A DNA stretch of 64,000 nt from Mobula hypostoma. Lineage: Eukaryota. This document shows, one piece after another, positions 14,603-25,140 of this stretch (position 1 is its first letter; each line of letters starts with the position of its first letter). A model generated the notes under the pieces. That model saw nothing but the letters and a program-made list of their open reading frames with translations. It was not told the DNA's origin and searched no databases. The position numbers and the translations under genes were made by a program. The DNA is taken from the NCBI RefSeq assembly GCF_963921235.1, contig NC_086108.1:61878001-61942000 (forward strand), written 5' to 3'.

Positions 14603-14681
14603 AGTTTACCTCGTCTTTCTCTCATTCTTCTTGTTGTTCCTTGACCGTTCCTCACAGCCTGACTGCTCTCACACATTTATA
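14603..14681 (-). promoter_or_regulatory. Putative LTR TATA box (14675-14681) and R-region major splice donor (GAG|GTAAACT, about 14603-14612)
   Basis: Minus strand TATAAAT followed about 65 nt downstream by GAGGTAAACT. Foamy viruses place the major splice donor early in R. Confidence 0.5.
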
Positions 14682-14771
14682 CTGTGTTTTTTTTATCACT
14701 TTGGTGACTTCATGTGATTTTTTTTTCAGATACCTTTTCACATAGGTGGTCTAAAAGCTTCTGGGGACAGA

Positions 14772-15865
14772 CTTCTGCTGTCATCAATGACGCCCTCACG
14801 CGCATCTCCTCCATTTCCCGCACTTCGGCCCTCACCCCATCTTCCCGCCATCACAACAGGGACAGAGTTCCCCTTGTCCTCACCTACCACCCCACCAGCC
14901 TCCGGATCCAGCGCATTATCCTCCACAACTTCCCCCACCTTCAACAGGGCCCCACCACTAAGCACACCTTTCCCTCTCCACCCCTCTCCGCCTTCCGCAG
15001 GGATCGGTCCCTCCGCGACTCCCTGGTCCACATATCCCTTCCCACAGATCTCCCACCTGGCACTTATCCCTGTAAGCGCAAGTGCTACACCTGTCCCTAC
15101 ACTTCCTCTCTTGTCACCATTCAGGGCCCCAAACAGTACTTCCAAGTGAGGCAACACTTCACTTGTGAGTCTGTTGGGATGATCTATTGTAACTGGTGCT
15201 CCCGGTGTGGCCTCCTCTACATCGGTGAAACCCGACGCAGATTGGGGGACCGCTTCGTCGAGCACCTCCGCTCCATCCGCCACAACAGACAGGATCTCCT
15301 AGTAGCCACCCACTTCAACTCTGCTTCCCACTCCCATTCAGATATGTCCATACATGGCCTCCTCTACTGCCATGATGAGGCTAAACTCAGGTTGGAGGAA
15401 CAGCACTTCATATACCGTCTAGGTAGTCTCCAGCCCCTTGGTATGAACATAGAATTCTCCAAGTTCTGGTCATTCCCTCCCCCTCCCTTTCTCTATCCCT
15501 ATGTCACTCTGCCCCCTCCCCCAGCTGCCTACCACCTCCCACTTGGTTCCACCTCCTTCACTATCCATTGTGCGTTCCCCTTTTCCTTCTTCACCTTTCC
15601 TGCCTATCACCTCCCTGCTTCCCCTCCCCCACCCCTTTACCTTCCCTCTTACTGTTTTTTCACCAGGAACCTACCAGCCTTCTCCTTCCCACCCTTCCCC
15701 CACCTTCTTTATAGGGCCTCTGCCCCTTCCCTCTACAGTCCTGACGAAGGATTCTGGCCCGAAATGTCGACCGATCGTTTCCACAGATGCTGCCCGACCT
15801 GCTGAGCTCCTCCAGCATGTTGTGAGTGCTGCTTTGACCCCAGCATCTGCAGAATATTTTGTGTT
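14772..15865 (+). mobile_element. Penelope-like element 3' portion (GIY-YIG endonuclease region and terminal repeat)
   Basis: ORF 14714..15805 has CKRKCYTC, IYCNWCSRCGLLYIGETRRRLGDRFVEH, VATHF and GMN motifs typical of the PLE GIY-YIG domain. Confidence 0.92.
15736..15773 (+). ncRNA. Minimal type I hammerhead ribozyme motif in the Penelope terminal repeat (slightly decayed)
   Basis: CAGTC-CTGACGA-AGGATTCTGGCCC-GAAAT-GTC-GACCG. Confidence 0.6.
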
Positions 15866-15883
15866 AGTGAATATCCATCACAA

Positions 15884-15904
15884 TCCTCCCCATTCCCACT
15901 CCTT
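15884..15904 (-). promoter_or_regulatory. Polypurine tract of the provirus
   Basis: Minus strand AAGGAGTGGGAATGGGGAGGA lies one base before TGTGATGG, the start of the 3' LTR. Confidence 0.8.
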
Positions 15905-16048
15905 GCTATGTAAAAATTTCTAATCCAGCTTCTCCCTACAGAAATCAGTTGTGCCATCAGACTTCTGCAAAAACTTCTCTTGGGAGTAGACTATCACTCC
16001 ACCAACCATTCCAGTAGGTTACCAGTGCTGGAAGACCCTGCCTTGATC

Positions 16049-16279
16049 AGATGCTCAAAGAACTCATTGAGTTCTTATTTAATTTAATATTTGATATATT
16101 TTTCTGTGATCGTATGCTTTACTTGCTATCTTATATGTGCTATATGTGCCTTGTGCTGTCTGTGACTGTTTGGTACTGCGTTTTGCACCTTGGCCCCCAG
16201 AGGAACACTGTTTCATTTGGCTGTATTCATGGGTATGCATGTATGGTTGAATGACAACTAAACTTGAACTTGAACTTGA
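16049..16279 (+). mobile_element. Short non-LTR retroelement 3' end nested in the provirus
   Basis: Ends in an (AACTTG)n tail at 16261-16278. Confidence 0.55.
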
Positions 16280-17059
16280 GTATTTCCCAATGTAGGGATT
16301 TCTGTGTGAATTTTTCTTTGTATTCATTTCCTTAATCTCAGCTGTGCACATTTCTGCAATCTCAAAGGATTGTTACCAATATAATTTTTCCATAAATGTG
16401 CAACCACAATGCATCAATGTCTATATTAGTCCATTTTTAAGATTTTCTGCCTCAGAAACAGTTTTTGCTATTTCCTTGATGCAAGTTTGGATCACTGTCT
16501 GTCGCTGTTAGTTCATCAGGTCAGCTGGTAATGTCTTTCAATAAACCGAAGATAGTTCATTTCTTTCACAGGAGTGTTGGCATTGCTTTGGATACGGTGC
16601 AAAATTTTATTCAGATTTTCCAAGAACAAGTCTTGTAAACAATTTACTAATTACATATGGCTGTATTCTTTTGCCTAAGTATTACATTTTAGTTACAGTC
16701 AGTTACACAATTTCACAACATAATAAAAATCATAGTGGATAATCATCACTTATTGAGGTAACCTGCCTCAATATGTGTAGTGAGGTAAGGACAAGTATAT
16801 TACTCCTCTAGAGGATTCTTTCTGTTCTTTTAATTTTGGATGACCAGATAAAAAGGTGTCAGAACATAGGGATTTGTTATTTCTCTCCAATGGGAGTGAA
16901 CACCCATTGGTGTGCTGTAGCTTGGCATTTTGATACCATCTCCATAAATTTCTTCCCATTTTGATGATTCTGGACTCTAGTTGTAATTGTCCAGGTCTCC
17001 CCACTCCCTCCCCATTTATTTTGTTAAGGATTGGACCTGACTGAGAAGAATGACACACC

Positions 17060-17648
17060 CTGAAAAATGAAGTGGCTCTGGAGACGGGTTGAAGGTCAGT
17101 GTCAGGGCAGGAAATCGGTGTGAAATGGTAGATGGAAGATCTAAGGCTGTGTGCCCAAAGACCTGAGATCTTTGGGCACAGAGCTCAGAAAAAGCGACGC
17201 AACGGACTTCTAACATCGTAAACCAGTGAGTTGTTTGTCATGTCACCCCTCTCGCTGTGGAACAGAGACACTCCTTTCTCCCTTATTAGGAAGAGAGAGA
17301 GAGCCTGTGGTATGTCAAATACTGGGTGAATGAGCAGTCTTTGGAGTACTGCAAGTCTGTGTCTTTGCTGTTGCTTTGCTCACGCTTGAGTGCTCAGTGC
17401 CAGGTGCCAATGCTTTTTTTTGCTGGTGGGGGTGGGGGGATTGTTGCTTGCTGCCACTTACACACAGGAGAGAGGGGAGCTGGGGGTACTTTGGGGTTCT
17501 AACGTTCAACTGTCATTCATTCTTTGGGGCATTCCTCTGTTTTTCGTGGATGGTTGCAAAAAAAAAAAGCATTTCAGGATGTATATTGTAAACACTTCTC
17601 TGACATTAAATGTATCTTTGAAACTTTGAAACTTCAAAACTTCAAAAC
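17060..17648 (+). mobile_element. Non-autonomous retroelement (SINE-like) nested in env
   Basis: GC-richer body ending in ATTAAA plus a tandem (CTTTGAAA/CTTCAAAA) tail at 17617-17648. Confidence 0.55.
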
Positions 17649-17803
17649 CTTCACACTTTTGTGTTTTCCCAGAAAACTTTAACTGCGCACGGGCTACCAG
17701 TCTGTTCTATTAGACCATGGGATTTTGTCAACCGAATATTCTGATTCTGCTTGAAACGTTAAGAATAACACAAATGGCAGTATTGGTAGGCTGAGTGGTC
17801 CCA

Positions 17804-18188
17804 CAAGGGGTGATTTACAAGTTCGTGGCCTAAGGTAGAAGGAGTCAGTTTTAGAAAACCAAGCACATTTAATTTTCAACATAGTCCCCTCCTTCATGTA
17901 CACACACAGTTCCAGCGGTCGTGGAGCATACGGATCTTGGACGTCCAGAAAGTGTCCATAGTGAGGGTGATTGATAAGTTCGTGGCCTAAGGTAGAAGGA
18001 GATGAGTTATTAATTTCAAACTTTCTGCGTAATCACTCAAAGCATTGAACTGCATGTGCATGTAACGAGAGCCGTATAACTCATCTCTTTCTAAGTGTAG
18101 GAGGGGACTATGTTGAAAAATAAATGTGCTCGGTTTTCTAAAATTGACTCCTTCTACCTTAGGCCACGAACTTATCAATCACCCCTTG
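17804..18188. mobile_element. Mariner-derived MITE with a third, internal TIR copy
   Basis: Termini CAAGGGGTGAT...AAGTTCGTGGCCTAAGGTAGAAGG and its reverse complement, followed by TA. Internal TIR copy at 17962-18000. Confidence 0.85.
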
Positions 18189-18354
18189 TATGTAATATCT
18201 AAATAGGTGAGTAAAAAGATGTTTGTCGACTCATCTTTCTGTGGGATTGTGTAATTAGACCAATTATTTGCAACATCCCAACTCCCGACCACAACTGCCC
18301 CACCCCCAAGATGAGGCAAGAATCATGCATACCCTTTCACAAAGTTAGTGATCA

Positions 18355-18870
18355 GGACTAAGAAACGAAGAGGACAAGGATAACATGATTAAGGCAGTCC
18401 CCGCACTTCGCTCTTCTGGGGCTGAAGATGAACTGGAGGAATGGATAAAAGACGAGTACGAGGCAGTGCTTAGCAAAGTAGACATACTTTGCAGGGTACT
18501 GCAGGTCAGATATTGGATTTGGTGGAGTCCTGAGAGTGGAGCCGTTATACAAAAGGCAGAAGCCACCTAAAATCTCTCATTGCTGGCTTCAATATTTCAA
18601 CAGAAAGAGCACTATAAAATAATAGTACCATGGCTAGAGGAATCATGCATTGGAAAACTGCAAGAAAAGATCTTATTACCCAATTTAACGTAGTGTCAAT
18701 TCTCCCAGAGACTGTATTCACTGCTGCAGAAGTTAAAACAGCAACATCCGGAAAGGTCAAAGCTATTGTTTGACCTGCAGTCAGGGAATTAGTATAGATT
18801 TAGAAGGAAAACTGTGAAAGGAGGTACCTTTCTCATCTGATTGTGTATTGAGAAATATTCTTTTGATTTA
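18355..18870 (+). pseudogene. Gag-like pseudo-ORF (possibly the foamy Gag central domain) in inverted orientation inside env
   Basis: One frame with 2 stops reads IKAV...DELEEWIKDEYEAVLSKVDILCRVLQ...RLYSLLQKLKQQH, resembling PFV Gag IRSV...REIPIWLGRNAPAI...DLRCRIIN...QLGNVIKGIVDQEG. Confidence 0.4.
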
Positions 18871-18874
18871 AATG

Positions 18875-19280
18875 AGATTTTTCTAGACAAATATCAGGTC
18901 CTTCTAGAATATTCTTTGTTGCCTCTATAATGAATCTTTCCTTAAAACCAGACTTGCATTTTTGTCCTGAGCTACGCATCATGAATTAAATAATCAGATT
19001 ACTCCATGAGCCATTTCCTTTATAAACCTCCGATATTGGTATGTCTGAACAATTTTTGTCATCAGAAATTTTTATCTTCTGAGTGAACTGAAAGATCACA
19101 TCAGTGTTACTCTGAGAGTGAACACTCAATGCCATGGCTGTACAGGCAGTTTTACTCTAATATTTTTTAAAATAACATGAAAAATTGTTAAGGGCTAAAT
19201 TGTTGGTTTTTGCTTGTGATAATAATACCATGCAATTGAATACATGGGAATAATTGAAGGTTTGTCTGTGTAACGTTACA
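18875..19280 (-). pseudogene. env: Foamy-like Env SU C-terminal remnant
   Basis: ACTAMALSVHSQSNTDVIFQFTQKIKISDDKNCSDIPISEVYKG parallels PFV ECKLASKAYGIDTVLFSLKNFLNYTGTPVNEMPNARAFVG. Confidence 0.5.
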
Positions 19281-19282
19281 TA

Positions 19283-21232
19283 CAATGCATATTCTGCCCC
19301 CACAACTATTTTCACATTTTACTGTCTCATTTTCTAAATTTAAAATATATTGAAGTTCAACTTTTGAGCTAACCTACAAAACATCGTGCATCGCATCGAA
19401 TAAAAGTAAAATTTCCAAAACCTAAAAAATTAAAAACCAAAATCGTGAAGCTGAAAAAATATTCATCCCCTTTGTAATTACTACACTAATTTAGAGTTAT
19501 AAATCTAGTCGGCTTCATCTTGCGTACTGGCTTACAAAGTACCCAGGACATCTTCAGGGAGCGGTGTCTCAGAAAGGCAGTGTCCATTATTAAGGACCTC
19601 CAGTACCCAGGGCATGTCCTTTTCTCACTGTTAGCATCAGGTAGGAGGTACAGAAGCCTGAAGGCACACACTCAGCGATTCAGGAACAGCTTCTTCCCCT
19701 CTGCCATCCAATTCCTAAATGGACATTGAACCCTTGGACACTACCTCACTTTTTTTACTATACAGTATTTCTGTTTTTTGCATGTTTTTTAATTTATTCA
19801 ATATACATATACTGTAATTGATTTACTAATTTATCATTATTATTTATTTTACTTCTCTTCTATATTATGTATTGCTGCTACTAAGTTAACAAATTTCACG
19901 TCACATGCAGGCGATTATAAACCTGATTCCAATTCTGATTTCCTTAGGTGCAATACTGAATATTACCTTACCAATCTGTCAATGTAGAAAATTGGAGGGT
20001 CACCTATTTTCAATGAAGTCATAACAATAAATACCACTCTATCAGTAAGATCCAATGGTATGGTAGAATTTCAAGAGACCAAACCAAAATGAAAACAAAA
20101 GAGCATTCAAGACAAGTCAGGGAAATGATAATAAAGAAGCACAAATCTGGGGAAAAGGATTAGACCATCTTAAAAGCACTGAACTTAACTCAGAGCACCA
20201 TGGAGTCCATCATGAAATAGTGGGAAAAAATATGAAACCACAGTCACACTGCCCAGGTCAGGCCGCCCCTCTAAATTTAGCCGCAGGAGAAGAATACCAC
20301 TTATAAGAGACCCTACTGTGACACCATCAGTCAATCTGAATGAGCTGCAGAAGTCAGTGGTTGCAACTGCAGATGCATTTCCTATCTCCACAATCTCCTC
20401 GGTCTTGCACAAAAAGGGTACTTATGGAAGAGTGGCAAGGAAGAAGCCTTGGCTGAAGAAAATGTATCCTTGCCCATAAAGACTTTGAAAAGCATCACTT
20501 GGGAGATACTGTAAAGACTTGTAAGAAGGTCTTGTGGTCGGATGAGCCAAAAGTAAACTTTTTGGCCTCAACACTAAAAAGTATGTGTGTCTTAAATCTA
20601 ATACTGTGCATCAACCAGTAAACACCACCCCTACCATAAAGAATGGCAGAGGTAGCATCATGCTATGGGAATACCTTTCAGCAACAGAGACTGGAAAATC
20701 CGGTCAGGATTGGAAAATCCGGTCAGGATTGATGGGAAGATGAATGCTGCTATTTACAGAGAAATCCTGGATAAAAACCTGCTAGCTTAAAATGGGGCGG
20801 ATGTTTGTCTTTCAGCAGGACAATGACCCAAAGCACACTGCCAGAGCATCACCAGAGTGACTTCAAATGAAGAAAGTTGTCCTTGAGTAGCTTAGTGAGA
20901 GTCTGAGCCTAACCCGATCAAATATCTCTGGTAAGGCCTTGAGAATGCTGTCCACCGCCACTCCCCAACTAACCTGGCACAGCTTGAGTACTTCGGAGGA
21001 GGAATAGGCAAATCTTGCTCCATCATGTTGTGCAAAGCTAATAGAGGCTTTTCCAAAAAGACTACAGGCTGCAATAATTGCGAGAGGTGATTAACACTGA
21101 GCAATGGGGAATGAATACTTTGGAACTGCTGGTATTTCAGTTTTGAGTTTTTAGTTTGTCATGCTTTACAATTTTACCTGATTTAGGGCTCTACTGTGGG
21201 AAAAAAAGGAGCACGTGATTCACATGTGACTG
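19283..21232 (+). mobile_element. Tc1-like DNA transposon with decayed transposase (about 20088-21090) and a nested Rex1/Babar 3' fragment (about 19490-19940)
   Basis: MKTKEHSRQVRE, LPRSGRPSK, VLWSDE and FQQDNDPKH motifs. Inverted inner repeats AAAATATTCATCCCC (about 19456-19470) and GGGGAATGAATACTTTT (about 21106-21121). Confidence 0.9.
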
Positions 21233-21239
21233 TTCAACT

Positions 21240-21550
21240 AAAAGCAAGTAGGAAATCCAGGTGGGTACAATAAAATCTCTAAAGAGCTCATTTGACTTCT
21301 CAGTTTCATCTCACCAGGGAGGAAAACATTTTTTTTTATTTTACCTTCTGCTTCAGTGCATCTTTCCATCTTATTTTCCCATGCAAAAATCAGATCAAGA
21401 GCTTTGCTGAGCCATTTAGAATATAAACCAGTAATGCTGCAAACTACTGTTCCTGTTACCATGACATTTAACGGTGGAGTAGAATCGTGGCCAGAATTAG
21501 AGAAGTTGAAATATCTGAAGTCTTCATAGTATGTATATTTGTATACTTGT
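21240..21550 (-). pseudogene. env: Foamy-like Env SU middle remnant
   Basis: VVCSITGLYSKW and KIKKNVFLPGEM parallel PFV LFCSDQLYSNW and LKKRALPKDW. Confidence 0.55.
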
Positions 21551-21599
21551 TTAGTATACTAAAATAAAAGTACAATGACATGTCTGTCTAAAGTAGAAG

Positions 21600-21822
21600 A
21601 GTCAATTAAAATGTTTTTTCACAATGTTCTAGTCTAACAATTTCAAAGTCATGTTTCTCATATTTCTCAATACACAAACGGATGAGCGAGGCACCTCTTT
21701 CACAAGTTTTCTCTGCAAACCCATACTAAGCCCATAACTAGCTTAACGCTCCAGCTGGAACAATAACTAAGACCTTCCCAGCTGTTGTAATTTTAACTCC
21801 TGCAGCAGCAAATACAGTTTCC
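21600..21822 (-). pseudogene. Second copy of the gag-like segment
   Basis: Reverse complement of 21660-21821 aligns to 18708-18858 (13 mismatches in the first 63 nt). It reads KLYLLLQELKLQQ...KEVPRSSVCVLRN. Confidence 0.45.
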
Positions 21823-22125
21823 ATGCAACACACACAAAATGCTGGAGGAACTCAGCAGGCCAGGCAGCATCTATAGAAAAGAGTGCAGTTGATGTTTTGG
21901 GCCGAGACCCTTCATCAGGGCTGGAGAAAAAAAGATGAGGAGTCAGAGGAAGAAGGCTGGGGGAGGGGAGGAAGAAACACAAGGTGATAGGTGAAACTGG
22001 GGGGAGGGGTGAGTGATGAGGTAAAGAGCTGGGAAGTTGATTGGTGAGAGAGATACAGGGCTGGAGAAGGGGAATCTGATAGAAGAGGACAGAAGGCCAT
22101 GGAAGAAAGAAAAGGGGGAGGATTT
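21823..22125 (-). mobile_element. Penelope terminal-repeat fragment with decayed hammerhead motif (21886-21923)
   Basis: Minus strand CAGCC-CTGATGA-AGGGTCTCGGCCC-AAAAC-ATC-AACTG, then GATGCTGCCTGGCCTGCTGAGTTCCTCCAGCATTTTGTG. Confidence 0.85.
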
Positions 22126-22129
22126 GATG

Positions 22130-22875
22130 AGTGGGACTAATCGGTGACATAACGGTGTCTGTGCTTTCCTGAAGGTCCAGAAGGATCCATGTCAGGAGAT
22201 TTCCCTACTTGGTTACCTTCAATATCTGGGCTGGAGTCTTTTAGTTTTGTTAAAGGGTCGTGAATCATTTTTGCAAGTGATTCTTTGCCTTCCCACGTAT
22301 CTATGTTCACTTCATCCGCAATGCGGTCAGAGTGAATGTTTAAGTGGACAGGAACAATCGCTTTGCCGGAGGCAAGGATGAAGGATTCCAGTGTATTAGT
22401 TCACACATGAACAAGAGGTAAGGGCCATCTGGTGATATTTAAATTAGTATCATCATTACTCACAGAGGTTCTTACTCTAATATTTTCTGAGTCATTATGT
22501 TTCGGGGTGTCCAAGCCAGATGAGGCAATTTCAGTGGCAAATACTACTTCTTCTGCTAAAGAGCAAATGGTAAGTAAGGCAGCACTGAATTATATTGTTA
22601 TGAACACAAATATTAAAAATAAAGCATAACAAGAGGAGCATTTCTTCCTGAAGTTTGAGTCTTTCTTACTCCAACAACAACAATGCATTTTGAGTGCGTT
22701 ATTCATGGGCAATACATCTATGAAATCTTCCTCAAGTGAACAGGAATCTCTATTTTTTTTAGATCTAAACATGTGCTATATCTTTTCAATACTTCTCACC
22801 ACACCTCTTCTCTCACTAGGTGTAGGGGTTTTATGGCGTACTCACATACCAGTCAAATGTAAGGGTTCCACTCAT
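22130..22875 (-). pseudogene. env: Foamy-like Env leader peptide and SU N-terminus
   Basis: Candidate start MSGTLTFDW overlapping the IN end. Hydrophobic span CYALFLIFVFITI*FSAALLTIC. Furin-like RVRTS. LNIHSDRIADEVNIDTWEGKESLAKMIHDPLTKLKD versus PFV MINSENIANNANLTQEVKKLLTEMVNEEMQSLSD. Confidence 0.7.
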
Positions 22876-23179
22876 TCTGGGGGATAAATCCTGCTGGGGC
22901 AGCTTTGATGTTCTCTATGGAGACCACTTTACTGATAGTTTTGTTTCCCCTCCCAGTCTTGATTACCACAGTCCTATCATTGATAAGCCAGGTAACAAGA
23001 CAAGAAGGTTTCTATTTAGGATGGAAACTAGAGTTAGAATTATAATTATAAATTTTGTTTTCTAGGACCCAATCCACTTTTTGTGGTATAAATACTTCCT
23101 TATCAGGTTATTTTGGTTTCTCTTGAATTCCCATAAACCCTGTCAACTCCTTGAGGAGAGATGTATCAGGTATACGCAA
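22860..23179 (-). pseudogene. pol: Foamy-like integrase C-terminal (SH3-like) domain
   Basis: SLLKEL...SFHPK*KPSCLVTWLINDRTVVIKTGRGNKTISKVVSIENIK versus PFV SLLQEI...[39 protein letters not shown]. Confidence 0.85.
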
Positions 23180-23181
23180 TA

Positions 23182-24517
23182 CAGGTGACCCCGCTTTTCG
23201 AACGTTCGCTTTAGAAAATATCACTGTTACGAAATAGCTACATTAGTACCCTGTTTTCGCTAACAGAAGGTTTTTTCACTGTTACGAAAAAAGTGACACG
23301 CGAAAAATGACGGCGTGTGGGAAAAAAAGCAGCATGCGCCCCAAGCAGCCAAGCTCCTCCCCCAGAACTGCATTCTAGCCGCCATTGCTTAAACACGTGC
23401 TTTATCTCGATTTATTTTGTGCATCCATTAGCAAGGTGAGTTCGAAGGTATCGGAAAAGCCTAAAAGAGCTCGGAAGGGTGTTACACTTAGCGTAAAACT
23501 AGACATAATTAAGCATTTCAATTGTGGTGATCGAAGTAAGGACATTGTCCGTGCATTGAACTTGCCTGCATCCACCATTCACACTATTTACACACAGAGA
23601 GAAAAAATCTTGAAAGCTGCCGATGTTACTGTTGGTTCTGCTCGTAGCAAAGTGGTCTCTCTTAGTCAGCATCCAGTAATGGATAAAATGGAAAGTCTAT
23701 TGCTTGAGTGGATTGGTGGATGTACACAACGTGGTGTTCCTTTAAGTTATCTTATACTTATGGAGAAATCAGTCAGTCTTTTTAATAAGCTGAAACAGAA
23801 AGCACTGGCCGATGGTGATGAAAGTGTTGTGAAAGTGGAATTTAAAGGTAGTCATGGGTGGTTTGATCGGTTTCTGAGGCAAGGGCAGCTTCATAGTTTA
23901 ACGTTTACCGGAGGGAGTGCTTTGGCTGATACTGAAGCTGCTGAGAGGTTCCCAGCAGAACTGAAGAAAATAATTACAGAAGGTGGTTATTGGTATAAGC
24001 AAGTGTTTAACTGTGACAAAACTGCAATTTATTGGAAAAAATTGCCGAGTAAGACATTTATTTCGAAAGAAGAAAAGCAGGCTAAGGGACACAAGGCATC
24101 GAAGGACAGGTTTACCCTAATACCTATTATTAACGCCACTAAGCTTCTACTAGGGTACCATTCAGAAAATCCGAGGGCACTTAAAGGCGTTGATAAGAAA
24201 ACACTTCCCGTTGTGTTCCATTCACATCCAAGCAGTTGGAACACCCAAGTGCTATTTTCTGAGTACATGAGCAGATACGTTAGTCCTTTTGTTGAAAAAT
24301 ACTGTTGAGAAAATAACCTCGATAATAGGTGTCTTGTGATTGTCGATAATTGTGCTGCTCATCCGCCTGATATTACCGAGTATGGCAGTAACATTCGTAT
24401 TGCGCTCTTACCGCAATACGAATGTTACTGCCATACTCGGTAATGTCAAACGGATGAGCAGCACAATTATCGACAATCACAAGACACCTATTATCGAGGT
24501 TATTTTCTCAACAGTAT
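23182..24517 (+). mobile_element. Tigger/pogo transposon, 3'-truncated, with transposase ORF 23385..24308 and a terminal foldback
   Basis: TA followed by TIR CAGGTGACCCCGC. HTH_psq and CENP-B-like HTH regions, FKGSHGWFDRF, QVFNCDKTAIYWKKLP, KDRFTL. Confidence 0.92.
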
Positions 24518-24700
24518 GGAAACAGGTCAGACTGGCCAACAGATCTCTGGTGAAGCTGTATAAGCCAATCGCCTGTACAGTCAATACAATGGATTACAGA
24601 AACAATGGTGAACTCCAACCATACCATCGAATTTGGACAATGGAGCAGGAAGTCATAAATGGCCTATGCTCCACTGGGAGCTAAGGGCCCAAGAAGAAAA
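24518..24700 (+). mobile_element. Probable RTE-type retroelement 3' end
   Basis: Ends GGCCTATGCTCCACTGGGAGCTAAGGGCCC-AAGAAGAA, resembling RTE 3' termini with a GAA tail. Confidence 0.4.
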
Positions 24701-25140
24701 TATAATCAATTTTCCACACATGCATTTGTGTAGTTGGTTTTATTTGTCTAATAGGTGGTGGGCTTGTGACTGCTCCTTTATGATAGACCAGGCATTCTTC
24801 ACAATTTGCAATAAATTGCTTCCAATCACCTAGCATGTAAGGTAACCAGTATAACATAGCTAATTTCGTATGAGTGGCTTGTCTGTCACATTAATTGTGT
24901 CCGAATCCTTGGTGGGCTTCTCAGATCAGTGCTTCCAGCTTGTGGGCAGGAGATATTTGCTTCTGTTTTCTAGGGTGGCAAACCCAAACCTTACCTTCAC
25001 CATTAGCTTCATACTTGTACGGTATTGGAAATTGTTTGGAATTGGGCTCAGTAGTATCCAGGAGAATTCTTAAAACATCGTCCCAGTTATTTTTCATTTT
25101 TTGTTTAGTTACTACTAAAAACCTGGCTTCCCTCTGCGTT
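24700..25140 (-). pseudogene. pol: Foamy-like integrase N-terminal extension and HHCC zinc-binding domain
   Basis: EAHQGFGHN*CDRQATHTKLAMLYWLPYMLGDWKQFIANCEECL...SPPPIRQIKP...WKIDYI versus PFV [40 protein letters not shown]...SGPILRPDRP...FFIDYI. Confidence 0.88.

Larger units (their letters stand above)
14138..15882 (-). repeat. 3' LTR of the foamy-like provirus (U3 partly replaced by a Penelope insertion)
   Basis: 14138-14771 aligns to 26983-27448 (16 mismatches in the first 134 nt). 15866-15882 AGTGAATATCCATCACA aligns to 27890-27906. Confidence 0.9.
16280..18340 (-). pseudogene. env: Foamy-like Env TM subunit remnants (interrupted; membrane anchor not found)
   Basis: SVDKIPWSNRTDW (about 17700-17735), PYPKQCQHSCE (about 16570-16600) and KEIAKTVSEAENLKNGLI (about 16425-16480) parallel, in the same order, PFV RIDWTYMSSTW, HPYEIINKECVE and EPFVQVNPLKNGSY. 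Confidence 0.6.

Noticed and set aside
14714..15805. 363-aa ORF as a host or novel gene
   Set aside because: Its start is a chance fusion of LTR sequence to a 5'-truncated Penelope ORF, and its C-terminus is read-through into the terminal repeat
15905..17058. Foamy accessory genes (tas/bet) in ORFs 15733..15957 or 16768..17058
   Set aside because: No recognisable similarity; the ORFs are short and partly cross insertion junctions
23385..24308. Domesticated TIGD/CENP-B-like gene
   Set aside because: It retains a TIR with TA, stops prematurely within the DDE domain, is truncated by a foldback, and has a related non-autonomous copy at 57760
24660..24700. Reading GPLAPSGA as the continuation of integrase IDYIGPLPPS
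   Set aside because: It needs a frameshift, the downstream sequence shows no integrase core similarity, and the + strand looks like a retroelement 3' end with a GAA tail; treated as coincidence, though not excluded
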